A DNA stretch of 64,000 nt from Chloroflexota bacterium. GTDB lineage: Bacteria; Chloroflexota; UBA11872; VXOZ01. Positions 19,075-29,536 of this stretch are shown piece after piece; the first letter of the stretch is position 1; every line of letters begins with the position of its first letter. A model generated the notes under the pieces. That model was not told the DNA's origin and searched no databases. It was given only the letters and a program-made list of their open reading frames with translations. The position numbers were made by a program, and so were the translations under genes. The stretch covers positions 2,272,001 through 2,336,000 of the forward strand of contig OY760183.1 of NCBI GenBank assembly GCA_963663275.1, written 5' to 3'.

Positions 19075-21120
19075 CTAGGCGCGGAACGTGACCCGAGCCT
19101 TCGTGCCGCCGCTGGGCGCGTCCTCGATTTGAAACGTGCCGGAAAGCTCATGGGTCACGAGTTGCTCGATGATGCTCAGGCCAAGCCCGCCGTGCTTCTT
19201 CAAAGAAAAGCCGGGGGGCAAACCCTTGCCGCTGTCCCACACGTCCACGGTGATCGAACCGTTCTCTTGCGTCGCCGTCATGCGAATGTGACCGCCGGAT
19301 TGGCCGGCCAGGCCGTGCGTCACGGAGTTCGAGACAAGTTCATTCAGAACCAGCGCGAAGAGCGTGGCGCGCTTGGAACCCAGCTTGATCGGCGCGGGCG
19401 CGATGGCGAACTCTATGCGCTGGCTGGGCGGCGCCATGTCGTTGACCTCGATCTCCATGATGCGACGGGCAATCTCCTCCACCGTGGCCGAACCGATGTC
19501 CTCATCCGACAGCAGTTCGTGGACCGCGGCAATGCTCTCGACGCGGGTCGCGCTTAGTCCCAAGAGTTCGGCGGCTTCCGCGGATTCCGCCCGCCTCATC
19601 TGCAAGGAGAGCAGCGACGCCACGGTCTGGAGGTTGTTCTTGACGCGATGATTCAACTCGCGCATGAGCACGGCCTGCGCTTTCAGCGCCCGCTGCGCTT
19701 CCTGGTACAGCCGCGCGTTCTCGATTGCCAGCGCCGCGTCGTGGGCAAAGGTGGAGACGAGTTGGATCTGCTCCTCGCTGAACTCGTGGCGCTCCCGCGT
19801 GTAGACGCTGATGCCGCCCAGCACCCGATCCTGGAAGAGGAGCGGCACGCAAAACATGGAGCGGATGCCTTCCGCCGCGATTTGCGGATAGACGGCCGCC
19901 AGCACCGGATCGTCCAAGGCGTCTTCCACGCGCACCGGCGTGCGTTCCGCCACGGAGCGGCCGACCGTGCCTTCGCCCACGGCGACGCGCATCGTCATGT
20001 ACTGCTCGCTAAGGTTGTAGCCCGCCACGATCATGAGGTTCTGCGCCTGCTCGTCCACCTGGAAGATGGCGGCCTTGTCGGCGCTGGAAAGTTCCGCGGC
20101 GTGGCGCACGATCATGTCGAGCACCTGATTGAGGTCCAGGCTGGACGCGATGGACGCCCAGACGCGCTGCAGGGTGGTGAGTTGGCTCACTTTTTCCCGC
20201 AGCTTTTCATCGGTCTGTTCGTAGAGACGGGCATTGTCGATGGCAATGGCGACTTGCCCGCAGACCGTTTCCACGAAGCCGATTTCCTCGTCTGAGAACT
20301 GTCGCGACAGGCGCGTCTGCACGTTGAGCACGCCAATGAGCTTGTTTACCGTATAGAGGATGATGGGAACCGAGAGCATTCCGCTTAGAGATTCTTCCAT
20401 GAGATCCGGAATGTGCAGGAAGCGAGGGTCATCCCACGCGTTCTCCAGGGCCACGGGCTCGCCGTGCTGCGCCGCCCACCCGGTAACGCCTTCGCCAAGA
20501 CTGAGAGAGACGCGCCCGACGGCATCGGGGTTGAGACCGGTCGTGGCGCGCAGCGTAAGGCGGTCCAGCCTCTCATCGAAGAGGTAGATGCTGCAATCAT
20601 CGAGTTGGAGGGCTTCATTCACGGCTTGCACCGTCAAGTCGAGCACCTGCTCCAGGTCCAGCGTGGAGTTGGCGACGTTGTTGACGCGCTGGATCGTGAG
20701 GAGATGACCGACGCGCGCCCGCAACTTGGCAGCGGTAGAGCCATCGTCCGCCGGATTGCGTTTGCGTATGCCGTCCGGGGCGGGTTCTTCACCGGCGTGA
20801 CGCCCCGCCGGATCGAACTCCCGCAAGCGCGCCAGCAACGCGCCGTTGACCGCCTGCGAGAAGCAAAGCAACTTGGTCGCGTTCCTCTCAGAGCAGTAGG
20901 GAGCTAACAGGGCGACCCGCTCGCCAAACGTCTGCAATGCATCGATCACGGCGGGCGCATCGGGAAGAGCGTCTATGGAAGAGTCGAGTAAGAGAGCCGT
21001 ATAGGGTTCCGCCGCGTCTTCGATTGTCTCGGCCAGCGCGCCAAGCTCTACCGCGGACGTCGTGACCGCGCTATCGAAGAACCAGCGCGCGACATCAGTC
21101 GTTGGGTACTTCAGGCTCAT
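19075..21120 (-). CDS. Soluble GAF-GAF sensor histidine kinase (HisKA_2, PdtaS/EutW-like)
   Basis: Two GAF repeats (GEGVTGW / GEGTVGR ... AIxNARLY), H-box ELNHRVKNNLQ, NELVSNS, DSGKG, GLGL. Confidence 0.9.
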   Translation of the reverse strand: MSLKYPTTDVARWFFDSAVTTSAVELGALAETIEDAAEPYTALLLDSSIDALPDAPAVIDALQTFGERVALLAPYCSERNATKLLCFSQAVNGALLARLREFDPAGRHAGEEPAPDGIRKRNPADDGSTAAKLRARVGHLLTIQRVNNVANSTLDLEQVLDLTVQAVNEALQLDDCSIYLFDERLDRLTLRATTGLNPDAVGRVSLSLGEGVTGWAAQHGEPVALENAWDDPRFLHIPDLMEESLSGMLSVPIILYTVNKLIGVLNVQTRLSRQFSDEEIGFVETVCGQVAIAIDNARLYEQTDEKLREKVSQLTTLQRVWASIASSLDLNQVLDMIVRHAAELSSADKAAIFQVDEQAQNLMIVAGYNLSEQYMTMRVAVGEGTVGRSVAERTPVRVEDALDDPVLAAVYPQIAAEGIRSMFCVPLLFQDRVLGGISVYTRERHEFSEEQIQLVSTFAHDAALAIENARLYQEAQRALKAQAVLMRELNHRVKNNLQTVASLLSLQMRRAESAEAAELLGLSATRVESIAAVHELLSDEDIGSATVEEIARRIMEIEVNDMAPPSQRIEFAIAPAPIKLGSKRATLFALVLNELVSNSVTHGLAGQSGGHIRMTATQENGSITVDVWDSGKGLPPGFSLKKHGGLGLSIIEQLVTHELSGTFQIEDAPSGGTKARVTFRA

Positions 21121-21364
21121 CTGGCAGTATGCCTCGCTGTGAAGCGGCGCCGGACCGATTTTCCAGCGCCTTGACCGGCTTTCCGCTCTGATTGGCGCGC
21201 CCCTGCGCTTCCGCGTCGGCGCTATCCTGGAATGCGGCGCGCCCTCGCGCCCCGCCGCGCCACCCTTAATCTGATACTATCATGCCAGTGTGCGGGGCGG
21301 CGTGTCACGCGCAGGAAAGCGCGCCCCGCCGCACCAGACCGGCGCGGAATCAAGGGACTTCACG

Positions 21365-23356
21365 ATGGGCCGGAACTTCGCCTGGGAGCCGTACGGCGAG
21401 TACCTGACACGTTCGCGGGTGCGCGACTTCATGGAACGCCATGACATTCCGTCGTGGCAGGCGCTCATCGAGCGATCGCTGCAGGATATTGCCTGGTTCT
21501 GGGAAGCGGCCTTGGCTCACCTGGGCGTCGAGTGGACGACGCCCTATGACGCCGTCTACGATGACTCCGGCGGTATGCCGTGGACGCGGTGGTTCCCCGG
21601 CGGGAAACTCAACATTACGCACAACTGCGTCGAGCGCCACGTGCGCGACGGGCGCGGCGGGGCTGTGGCCCTCATCTGGGAGAGCGATGAAGGGGAATTC
21701 CGCACGGTCACGTACCGGGAACTGTATGACAGCGTGTGCGCGCTCGCGGCCGCCATGCGGCGGGCGGGGATCGCTCCCGGGGACGTGGTCGGCCTGTGCG
21801 CGCCGGTCTCGCCGGAAGCGGTCGCGGTCATGTTCGCGGCGCTGCAGATCGGCGCGGTCTGCATGCAGATCGCCGCCCGTGCCGTGCCGCGGGAGGTGGT
21901 CGAATGCCTCAATCGAGGCCGCGCGCGGCTGCTCTTCATGAACGACGCCTATCCGCGCGGCGGCAAGTGGACCGATTGCGCGCCCACGCTCCGGGCCGCG
22001 ATTCAAGACGTGCCCACGCTGGAGCGCGTGGTGCTCATCCCGAGGCGCGGCGACTCCGGCGAATTGCCGCAGAAAGCCACGTGGTGGTCGGATTTCATTG
22101 CGCCAGGCGACCTGCGGGCGCACATCCCTTCGCTGGCGGTAGAATCCGAACACCCCAGCCTCATCCTCTTCTCCTCCGGCACTACCGGCAAGTCGAAAGC
22201 CATCGTGCACACCCACGGCGGCGCGCTGGCGCAAACAATAAAGGAAGTAGGCTACGCCTTCGATTGCCGGAGCGCCGATCGCTTCTGCTGGTTCACGAAC
22301 TTCGGTTGGATGATGGCGCCCTGGGAGCTCATCGGCGTGCTCTTCTTTGGCGGAGCGGTGGTGCTCTATGAAGGCACGCATCTCTATCCCACGCCCCACC
22401 GGGTCTTCGAGTTGATCGAGAAGCACGGCATCACGATTTTTGGCTTCGTGCCGACCGCGCTGCGGCAGCTAGCCGCCCTTTCTGAGGACTTCAGCGCGCA
22501 CGAGTTATCGTCCCTGCGTATCCTCGGTTCCACCGGCGAGATTCTCGACAGCGAAACGTGGTCGTGGTACTTTGACTACTTTGGCCGGGGCCGCTGCCCG
22601 ATTATGAACATCTCCGGCGGCACAGAGGTCATCGGCTGCCTCCTCTCACCGCTGCCGGTGATGCCGCTGATGCCGGGAACGCTGGGCGGCCCGGGTCTGG
22701 GCATGGATCTGGCCGTGGTAGACGATCAGGGTGAACCGGTAACGGATGGGCCGGGACACCTGGCGTGCCGGCAGCCGTTTCCATCCATGACGCGCGGCTT
22801 TCTGGATGAACCCGATCGGTACCTGGAGACGTACTTCCCGCACGGGCCGAATCTGTGGCTCCACGCCGATCGCGTGGAAGTGGACGCGGACGGCCTGTGG
22901 TATATCCTGGGCCGCAGCGACGACTTGATCCTGCGGGGCGGCATCAACCACGATCCCGGCAAGATCGAGCAGGCCTTGCTCGGCTATGCGGGCCCGCCGC
23001 GTGTAATCGAGGCGGCGGCGATTGGCGCGCGCGACCCGGAGTTGGGCCAGCGCATCGTCTGCTTCGTCGTCGTGGAGGATGCGACCGGCGCGCCCGACCT
23101 GGCCGGCCTCGCGCAGGCGCTGCGCCGGCACGTGGGCACGGCCTACGACCGCGCCGGCCGTCCCGATGAAATCTACTTCGTGGACGCCTTGCCCAAGAAT
23201 CTGGCGGCCAAGATCCCGCGCGGCATGATCAGGCGGGCGTTTGAAGGAGAACCCCTGGGGGACGTGTCCAAGCTCGACAACCCGCAGGCGCTGGCAGCAA
23301 TTTCGTCATGCCGTTCCGCGTGCTTGCGCGGGAGTCCGGCTTCACCGAGCACGTGA
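21365..23356 (+). CDS. Acetate/acetoacetate-CoA ligase-like AMP-binding protein
   Basis: WFPGGKLNITHNC, FSSGTTGKSKAIVHTHGG, NISGGTE, GRSDD, LPKNLAAKI. Confidence 0.9.
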   Translation: MGRNFAWEPYGEYLTRSRVRDFMERHDIPSWQALIERSLQDIAWFWEAALAHLGVEWTTPYDAVYDDSGGMPWTRWFPGGKLNITHNCVERHVRDGRGGAVALIWESDEGEFRTVTYRELYDSVCALAAAMRRAGIAPGDVVGLCAPVSPEAVAVMFAALQIGAVCMQIAARAVPREVVECLNRGRARLLFMNDAYPRGGKWTDCAPTLRAAIQDVPTLERVVLIPRRGDSGELPQKATWWSDFIAPGDLRAHIPSLAVESEHPSLILFSSGTTGKSKAIVHTHGGALAQTIKEVGYAFDCRSADRFCWFTNFGWMMAPWELIGVLFFGGAVVLYEGTHLYPTPHRVFELIEKHGITIFGFVPTALRQLAALSEDFSAHELSSLRILGSTGEILDSETWSWYFDYFGRGRCPIMNISGGTEVIGCLLSPLPVMPLMPGTLGGPGLGMDLAVVDDQGEPVTDGPGHLACRQPFPSMTRGFLDEPDRYLETYFPHGPNLWLHADRVEVDADGLWYILGRSDDLILRGGINHDPGKIEQALLGYAGPPRVIEAAAIGARDPELGQRIVCFVVVEDATGAPDLAGLAQALRRHVGTAYDRAGRPDEIYFVDALPKNLAAKIPRGMIRRAFEGEPLGDVSKLDNPQALAAISSCRSACLRGSPASPST

Positions 23357-23370
23357 GGAGAAATCAATCG

Positions 23371-24336
23371 ATGCAAGCCGACGCGATACGCAGCGCCGCC
23401 ATCGTGGGCGCGGGTCTCATGGGCGCCGACATTGCCGTGGTGCTCTCTCTTGCCGGCATGGCAGTGACGCTTGTTGACATAAGCGAGGAACAGTTGGCGC
23501 TGGCACGCACGCGCATGAGGACGAGCATGACGACGCTGCGCGAGCACGAGCTTACGTCTGCCGCGCAGGCCGCCCGTGCGCTGGAGAACGTGAGCGGGAC
23601 AACCGACCGCGCCGCGGCGGTGGAGCGGACGCAATTCGTGGTCGAATCGGTGCCGGAAGACCTAACGCTGAAGCGGCAGATCTTCGCCGCGCTGGATACG
23701 GAAGCGCCGCCGGAGGCGATACTCACGAGCAATACTTCATCGCTTTCGATTACCGCTCTCGCCGCCGCTACGCGCAGGCCGGACCGTGTGGTGGGCAGTC
23801 ACTTCATCCTGCCCGGTACGGTGCTGCCGCTGGTGGAGGTGGTGCGCGGCGAGCGAACGAGCGACGAGACCATGCAGGTGACGTATGACGTGTGGCGCCG
23901 CGCCGGCAAGCAACCGGTGCGGGTGGAAAAGGACATCCCCGGGTTCATCCACAACCGGCTGCAGCACGCCCTGAGCCGGGAGGCGGTTGCGCTCTGGGCG
24001 AGCGGCGTGGCCAGCGCAGAGGAGATCGACGCGGTGGTCGTGAACGGCTTCGGCCTGCGGCTGGGCCGCGTGGGGCCGCTGGCGCAGCGCGACCTGGGCG
24101 GCATGGTGATGAACCTCGCTATTGCCGCTTCGCTCTACCCGTCGCTGAGCACGCTTACCGACGCGCCGGATGCAATGAAAGAGCTGGTTGAGGAGGGCGC
24201 TCTCGGCGTGGAAGCGGGACGCGGCTTCCATGACTGGAGCGAGTCCGACCCCCGGCGCGTGCGGCAAGACGTGGAACGTCTGCTCCTGGCGGACCTCTTG
24301 CATCGCAAGCGCACGGAAGGTGAGCTGCAAGGCTAG
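23371..24336 (+). CDS. 3-hydroxyacyl-CoA dehydrogenase family protein
   Basis: GAGLMG, ESVPEDLTLK, SNTSS, GSHF, GFIHNRL; AGGAG SD. Confidence 0.9.
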   Translation: MQADAIRSAAIVGAGLMGADIAVVLSLAGMAVTLVDISEEQLALARTRMRTSMTTLREHELTSAAQAARALENVSGTTDRAAAVERTQFVVESVPEDLTLKRQIFAALDTEAPPEAILTSNTSSLSITALAAATRRPDRVVGSHFILPGTVLPLVEVVRGERTSDETMQVTYDVWRRAGKQPVRVEKDIPGFIHNRLQHALSREAVALWASGVASAEEIDAVVVNGFGLRLGRVGPLAQRDLGGMVMNLAIAASLYPSLSTLTDAPDAMKELVEEGALGVEAGRGFHDWSESDPRRVRQDVERLLLADLLHRKRTEGELQG

Positions 24337-24357
24337 GGCAGGCATAAGGGCAAGTAA

Positions 24358-24790
24358 GAGGGCAGGTACAAGACCTGCCCCTACAGGGGAGACGTAGGCC
24401 CATGGCACAAGGCCGTAGCGCGGGGGGCTTGTGCCCAATACTGTCAGGTTTACGTAGCGCGGGGGCTTGTCCCCCGCCGGAATGAGACAGAATAGAACGG
24501 AATGGATTGGACCTACGGAAGACGCAGGTTACAAACCTGCGCAACCGGAGACGGGACGGCCGTAGCGCGGGGGCTTGTCCCCCGCTTCTTGGCGAGGGCA
24601 GGTACAAGACCTGCCCCTACAGGGGAGACATAGGCCCTTGGCACAAGGCGGTAGCGCGGAGGCTTCTCCCCCGCCGGAACAAGATGAATTAGAACGGAAT
24701 GGATTAGACCTACGGAGGACGCAGGTTACAAACCTGCGCTACCGGAGAAGGGATGGCCGTAGCGCGGGGGCTTGTCCCCCGCCTCTTGGC
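24358..24790. repeat. Tandemly duplicated composite (BIME-like) array of three palindromic REP-like motifs
   Basis: Unit 1 is 24358-24593 and unit 2 is 24594-24790. Each contains gggcaggtacaagacctgccc, gtagcgcgggggcttgtcccccgc and gcaggttacaaacctgc hairpins. Confidence 0.88.
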
Positions 24791-24868
24791 GCGAATGCAG
24801 AGCGCAACGTGAAATCGCCCAAGGCGAATCGGATGTCAGGACGGCGGGCGGACGGCTTCTGGGTGGAA

Positions 24869-26047
24869 CTAGGCGTCTTCCAACGCGGCGACGCCTGGCA
24901 GCGTCTTTCCCTCCAGAAACTCCAGTGTCGCCCCGCCGCCGGTTGAGACGTGGGTGATTGCCTCCGCCACGCCGCAGGCTTCAATCGCCGCGACCGTTTC
25001 GCCGCCGCCAACGATTGTCGTTGCCGTTGAATCCCCAAGCGCCAGCGCGATGGCGCGGGTGCTGCCCGCGAAGCGTTCTTCCTCGAAGAGTCCTAGGGGC
25101 CCGTTCCACAAGACCGTGCGCGCGGCAGCCAGGCAGTCCTCGATTGCGGATACCGTTTGCGGTCCCACGTCGCCAATCATCAAGTCCGGCGGCACGGCCT
25201 CGCTGCCCACGACCTGCGCCGGGCCGGCCGGGCCGCCAATTACGCCTACCACAACGTCGGTGGGTAGCAGCACGGCCACGTTGGATTTCTCCGCTTGCGC
25301 CAGAAAGTCCCGTGCGACCGGGATCTGCTCGTCTTCCACCAGGCTCTTGCCCACCGACGCGCCTTGGGCTTTCAGCAGCGTATTGGCAATGCCGCCGCCG
25401 GCAACGAGCACGTCGATCGTATCCAGCAGATGCGTCAGCACGCCGATCTTCGTCGAGATCTTGGCGCCGCCGATCAGCGCGGCGAACGGATGCGCCGGCG
25501 CATCCAACAGCCGCGAGAGGGTGGCGATCTCCCGCTCCATCAGCAGCCCGGCGACGCTGGGCAGGAAGGCGGTCACGCCCACCGTTGAGGCGTGCGCGCG
25601 GTGCGCGGCCCCGAACGCGTCGTTGACGAATACGTCCGCGAGAGACGCCAGCCGCCGCGCGAAATCCGGGTCGTTCTGCTCTTCTTCGGCATGGAAGCGC
25701 ACGTTTTCCAGCAGCAGTACGTCGCCCGGTCGCAGCGCCTCCACCGCGGCTTCCGCCTCCGATCCCACGCAGTCCCGCGCCGTCTGCACCGGTATATCGA
25801 GCAACTCGGACAGGCGGGCGGCCACCGGCGCCAGGCGCAGTTCTTCCGCGACCGCGCCCTTTGGCCGTCCCAGATGGGAAATCAGGATGACCGCGGCCTG
25901 GCGCTCGCGCAGGTAGTCTATGGTGGGCAGCGTGGCGCGCAGCCGCGCATCGTCGGCCACCGCGCCGCTCGCCAAGGGTACATTGAAGTCTACCCGCACC
26001 AACGCTCTCTTATGCGTTACGTCGCTGTCGCGCACGGTCTTCTTCAT
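24869..26047 (-). CDS. pgk: Phosphoglycerate kinase
   Basis: RVDFNVP, SHLGRPKG, LLENVRF, NDAFGAAHRAHAS, WNGPLG, STGGGATLEFLEG. Confidence 0.97.
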   Translation of the reverse strand: MKKTVRDSDVTHKRALVRVDFNVPLASGAVADDARLRATLPTIDYLRERQAAVILISHLGRPKGAVAEELRLAPVAARLSELLDIPVQTARDCVGSEAEAAVEALRPGDVLLLENVRFHAEEEQNDPDFARRLASLADVFVNDAFGAAHRAHASTVGVTAFLPSVAGLLMEREIATLSRLLDAPAHPFAALIGGAKISTKIGVLTHLLDTIDVLVAGGGIANTLLKAQGASVGKSLVEDEQIPVARDFLAQAEKSNVAVLLPTDVVVGVIGGPAGPAQVVGSEAVPPDLMIGDVGPQTVSAIEDCLAAARTVLWNGPLGLFEEERFAGSTRAIALALGDSTATTIVGGGETVAAIEACGVAEAITHVSTGGGATLEFLEGKTLPGVAALEDA

Positions 26048-26104
26048 GGCGCTCCTCACGCGGTTCCGGCGTCCTTGTGTTCCGGTGTTCACAGGCTCAT
26101 ACAG

Positions 26105-26136
26105 CAAAGAAGCCGTGGGTTACGCAACCCACGGCT
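26105..26136 (-). terminator. Intrinsic terminator or stabilising hairpin between gap and pgk
   Basis: Perfect 11-bp stem agccgtgggtt/aacccacggct, followed by TCTTT on the minus strand. Confidence 0.7.
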
Positions 26137-26177
26137 CTCTCACTGAAAACTGAGGTTCCAATCTCCCGCTTGGATGC

Positions 26178-27197
26178 CTATACCGCGGCCTCTTGCGGAA
26201 TCGTCTGTGCCACGCGGGCGGTCAGGTCGGCGATGCGGCAGGCATAGCCCCACTCGTTGTCGTACCAGGAGAGCACTTTGACGAGCTTGCCGGAGACTTG
26301 CGTTGACGGCAGGTCTATAATCGAACTCCGAGAATCCCCCTTGAAGTCCATACTGACAAGCTCCTCACCGGAGCAACCGAGAATGCCGTTCAGGTCTCCC
26401 TGGGCGGCGGCGGCAAAGGCGTCATTGACGGCTTCCACCGTCACGTCCTGCGTCACCTCGCAGGTAAAGTCAACCACGGAAACGGTTGGCGTCGGCACGC
26501 GCAGAGCGAAGCCGTCGAGCCGGCCTTTGAGTTCGGGGATCACCTGCACCACGGCCCGGGCCGCGCCGGTGGTGGTGGGAATGATGTTGAGCGCGGCCGC
26601 CCGGGCGCGGCGCATGTCCTTTTGTTCGAGATCCAGAATGCGCTGGTCGTTGGTGTAGGAGTGGATGGTATTCATGAGGCCCTGCTCGATCGTGAAGGTG
26701 TCGTGCAGCACCTTGACCACGGGCGCGAGGCAGTTGGTGGTGCACGAGGCGTTCGAGACGATGTGGTGCTGGGCCGGGTCGTACGCGGCGTCGTTGACGC
26801 CCAAGACCAGAGTCACGTCTTCATCGGTAGCCGGCGCCGAGATGATCACCTTCTTGGCGCCCGCTTCAAGATGCTTGGCGGCGGAGGCGCGGTCGGTGCC
26901 GACGCCGGTTGACTCGATGACGACGTCGATGCCGAGGTCCCCCCAGGGCAAGGCCTCCCAGTCGCGCTGGGAAAGCGTCTGCAAACGCCGACCGTCGATT
27001 ACGAGCGCGCCGTCGCTCACGCCGACCTCACCGTTGAATCGGCCGTAGTTGCTGTCATATTTGAAGAGATGCGCGTTCGTATCCGCCGCCGCCAGGTCGT
27101 TCACGGCGGCCGTTTCAACGTCGGGCGCGCGTTCCAGAATTGCGCGCAGCGCCATCCTGCCGATGCGACCGAAGCCATTAATTGCTATCCGTGCCAT
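26178..27197 (-). CDS. gap: Type I glyceraldehyde-3-phosphate dehydrogenase
   Basis: [29 protein letters not shown]. Confidence 0.97.
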   Translation of the reverse strand: MARIAINGFGRIGRMALRAILERAPDVETAAVNDLAAADTNAHLFKYDSNYGRFNGEVGVSDGALVIDGRRLQTLSQRDWEALPWGDLGIDVVIESTGVGTDRASAAKHLEAGAKKVIISAPATDEDVTLVLGVNDAAYDPAQHHIVSNASCTTNCLAPVVKVLHDTFTIEQGLMNTIHSYTNDQRILDLEQKDMRRARAAALNIIPTTTGAARAVVQVIPELKGRLDGFALRVPTPTVSVVDFTCEVTQDVTVEAVNDAFAAAAQGDLNGILGCSGEELVSMDFKGDSRSSIIDLPSTQVSGKLVKVLSWYDNEWGYACRIADLTARVAQTIPQEAAV

Positions 27198-27249
27198 GTA
27201 TTTCTTCCCTTGCTAATGCAGACGCAGAGTGCGGAGGTGTTTATCTCGG

Positions 27250-28575
27250 TCAGGAAACTTTCAATGCGCCGGACTCAACGCGCCTGCGATCGCGCTTCGT
27301 CGCCCCGTTGTCGTGATAGAGGCTCATCGCGACCTGGGCGAGCTTGACGGCATCATGCTTGTTGGGCATTTCCACGTCGATAACGTCGGCGCTGACGATG
27401 GGGAGGCCGTCGATAATGGCTTGCTGCGGCGAGTGTTCGACAAGCTCGTAGGAACCATTCGCAGAAGGTACGCTCGTGCGGTCGTTTACCAGCACCACCG
27501 AGCAGACACCCGGCGGCGCATGGGTGCTGATGGCCTCGAGATGCTCTTCCACGCCGTAGTGCGCCGTTTCTCCCGGCTCGGTGGCGACATTGCAGACGTA
27601 GAGCTTGAGGGCCTTGGAATCCGCGGCCGCCCGTGAAATCTCCGGCACAAGCAGGTTGGGGAGCAGGCTCGTATAGAGGCTGCCGGGGGCGAGGATGATG
27701 TAGTCCGCTTCGAGAATTGCCTGGCAGGCCTCATCGTAGGCAGTGGGATGCTGCTTATCGAGATAGACGCGCTTGATGGACGAACCCGCATCGCCAATCG
27801 CGGATTCGCCGGCGATGGTGCGCCCGTCTTCAAGCTCCGCGCAGAGTTTGACACTCTCAAGGGTTGAAGGCAGGATTTGACCGCGTACCGCCAGCACCCG
27901 CGAGAGTTCGCGAATACCGGATTCGAAGTTGCCGGTAAGGTCGGCCATGGCCAGCATCATCAGGTTGCCGAGGCTGTGCCCTTCCAAGCCGCTGCCCTTG
28001 CTGAAGCGGTAATTGAGCAGCCGGGTCATCAAAGGCTCGGCAACGGCCAACGCGCCGACGCACTGGCGCACGTCGCCGGGCGGCAGCGCGCCGAATTCGC
28101 GGCGCAAGCGTCCTGACGACCCGCCGTCATCCACTACGGTCACGATTGCGGTCAGATTATTCGTATGTTCCTTAAGCCCACGCAGGAGCACGGACTGTCC
28201 GGTGCCGCCGCCAATCGTGACGATCTTTGGTCCCGTATTGAGAATGCGTCGTTGATATACTAAGTCCACTAACCGCCCGCGCTGGTTGGGCGCGCCGACG
28301 ACTTCCATGAGCGAAGCGTTGAGTTTCCAGATCGCCAGGACGGTCGAAATCAGCCCGAAACTGCCCACGAGGATTTCTCGATAGGGGTGCGGGATGAATT
28401 GGAGCGTTGCCGCTTGGACGGGTTCGGAGAACGGTTGAACGAAATCTACGTTGCGGTAGATCCAGGCGAGGCCCATGGCGCCGGCAAGGGCAAGCGCCAT
28501 GAATCCGATTATCAGCAGCGCAATCCAGCGCTTGACGTGCATTCCGGGGTAGAGCCACTTGCGGGAAGGTAGCAT
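27250..28575 (-). CDS. yvcK: YvcK/GlmR (CofD-like, UDP-GlcNAc-binding) protein with N-terminal TM extension
   Basis: IGGGTG, DDGGSSGRLR, PPGDVRQC, GHSLGNL, PGSLYTS, PGET; two N-terminal hydrophobic helices. Confidence 0.9.
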   Translation of the reverse strand: MLPSRKWLYPGMHVKRWIALLIIGFMALALAGAMGLAWIYRNVDFVQPFSEPVQAATLQFIPHPYREILVGSFGLISTVLAIWKLNASLMEVVGAPNQRGRLVDLVYQRRILNTGPKIVTIGGGTGQSVLLRGLKEHTNNLTAIVTVVDDGGSSGRLRREFGALPPGDVRQCVGALAVAEPLMTRLLNYRFSKGSGLEGHSLGNLMMLAMADLTGNFESGIRELSRVLAVRGQILPSTLESVKLCAELEDGRTIAGESAIGDAGSSIKRVYLDKQHPTAYDEACQAILEADYIILAPGSLYTSLLPNLLVPEISRAAADSKALKLYVCNVATEPGETAHYGVEEHLEAISTHAPPGVCSVVLVNDRTSVPSANGSYELVEHSPQQAIIDGLPIVSADVIDVEMPNKHDAVKLAQVAMSLYHDNGATKRDRRRVESGALKVS

Positions 28576-29037
28576 GGTGTGTTGGCCTTTAGCGGGACTG
28601 GGGCATGGAGGCGCTGACGGCCTCCCGCCTGAGGGTACGACGATGATTCAGCGCCGCACATGTGCGCGGCGGCAAATCGGCTGGGATGGTTGTTGGGACG
28701 AGGCCGGAGCCAATGGATTGAAGAACGGAGGAATGCCTTTGCCGACAGTGAGAGCGCCCAAGCGCGCTGCGGAGTGCCAGTGTGCGCAATACTGCCCTCA
28801 TTTCGCTCTGAGCCGTTGATTGACGATAACTGAGACAGCCGATGGATACCGGCATTCGTGTCCCGAATCGGAGACCGACGGGCGCGTAATCATCTGCGCA
28901 CTAGCGAGCGTCTACAAAGCCAAACGCCCGCGCTTGCGGCCTACGGGCTGTCAGGGGCGCAGGCGGTGCAGATGCCAGCAGAACAGACGACTACGTCTTC
29001 GCCCTCGAGCGAAAACCGCCTGCTACCCGCAAAGCGA

Positions 29038-29430
29038 CTACCGCGAGCGGGGAGACGGCCTCATTTGCAGCGAAATCGGCTCGGGCGCGCCTTCGTTCTC
29101 GCAGGCGCGATCGAGCGGCACGTCTGTTGCTTCGTCGCTGGCTTCAACGTAGCCGTGCGCGATGAGCCAAGCTTCCACTTCCTCGCCGGACACGTCGCTC
29201 AGGACGTGCTCGTCGACGGCAACGGAAGGTTGCATCGTCTGGCCGGTGCGCTGCACCATTTCGGCAAAGTGCGCGGCGTTGTTGATGATGTCGCGGTCGT
29301 CGTAGGCAAGGCCGTACTTTTGAAATACGGCGCGCACTCCATTGCTCCAACCGCAAATGGGCTTCATCCACGCAACGATGGTCGGGCTTTCGGCCTTCTT
29401 CCCGCGCGCTTCAATCTCTGTCTGAGCCAT
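29038..29430 (-). CDS. Monothiol glutaredoxin-like protein
   Basis: KPICGWS active-site loop and TGQTMQP cis-Pro motif. Confidence 0.8.
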   Translation of the reverse strand: MAQTEIEARGKKAESPTIVAWMKPICGWSNGVRAVFQKYGLAYDDRDIINNAAHFAEMVQRTGQTMQPSVAVDEHVLSDVSGEEVEAWLIAHGYVEASDEATDVPLDRACENEGAPEPISLQMRPSPRSR

Positions 29431-29536
29431 CACGTCGATCCTTCAGGCGCTGCTTGCTTGCCGGTTCAGGACTGCATCTATTCTAACACAGTAGCGGTCG
29501 GCATTCCACAGATACCGCCTCTGAATAGAATGGAAT

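Noticed and set aside
28576-29037. tmRNA, RNase P or SRP RNA in the long intergenic gap
   Set aside because: None of the signature sequences (tRNA-like ends, GAGGAAAGUCC, the SRP GGAA loop) were recognisable on either strand.
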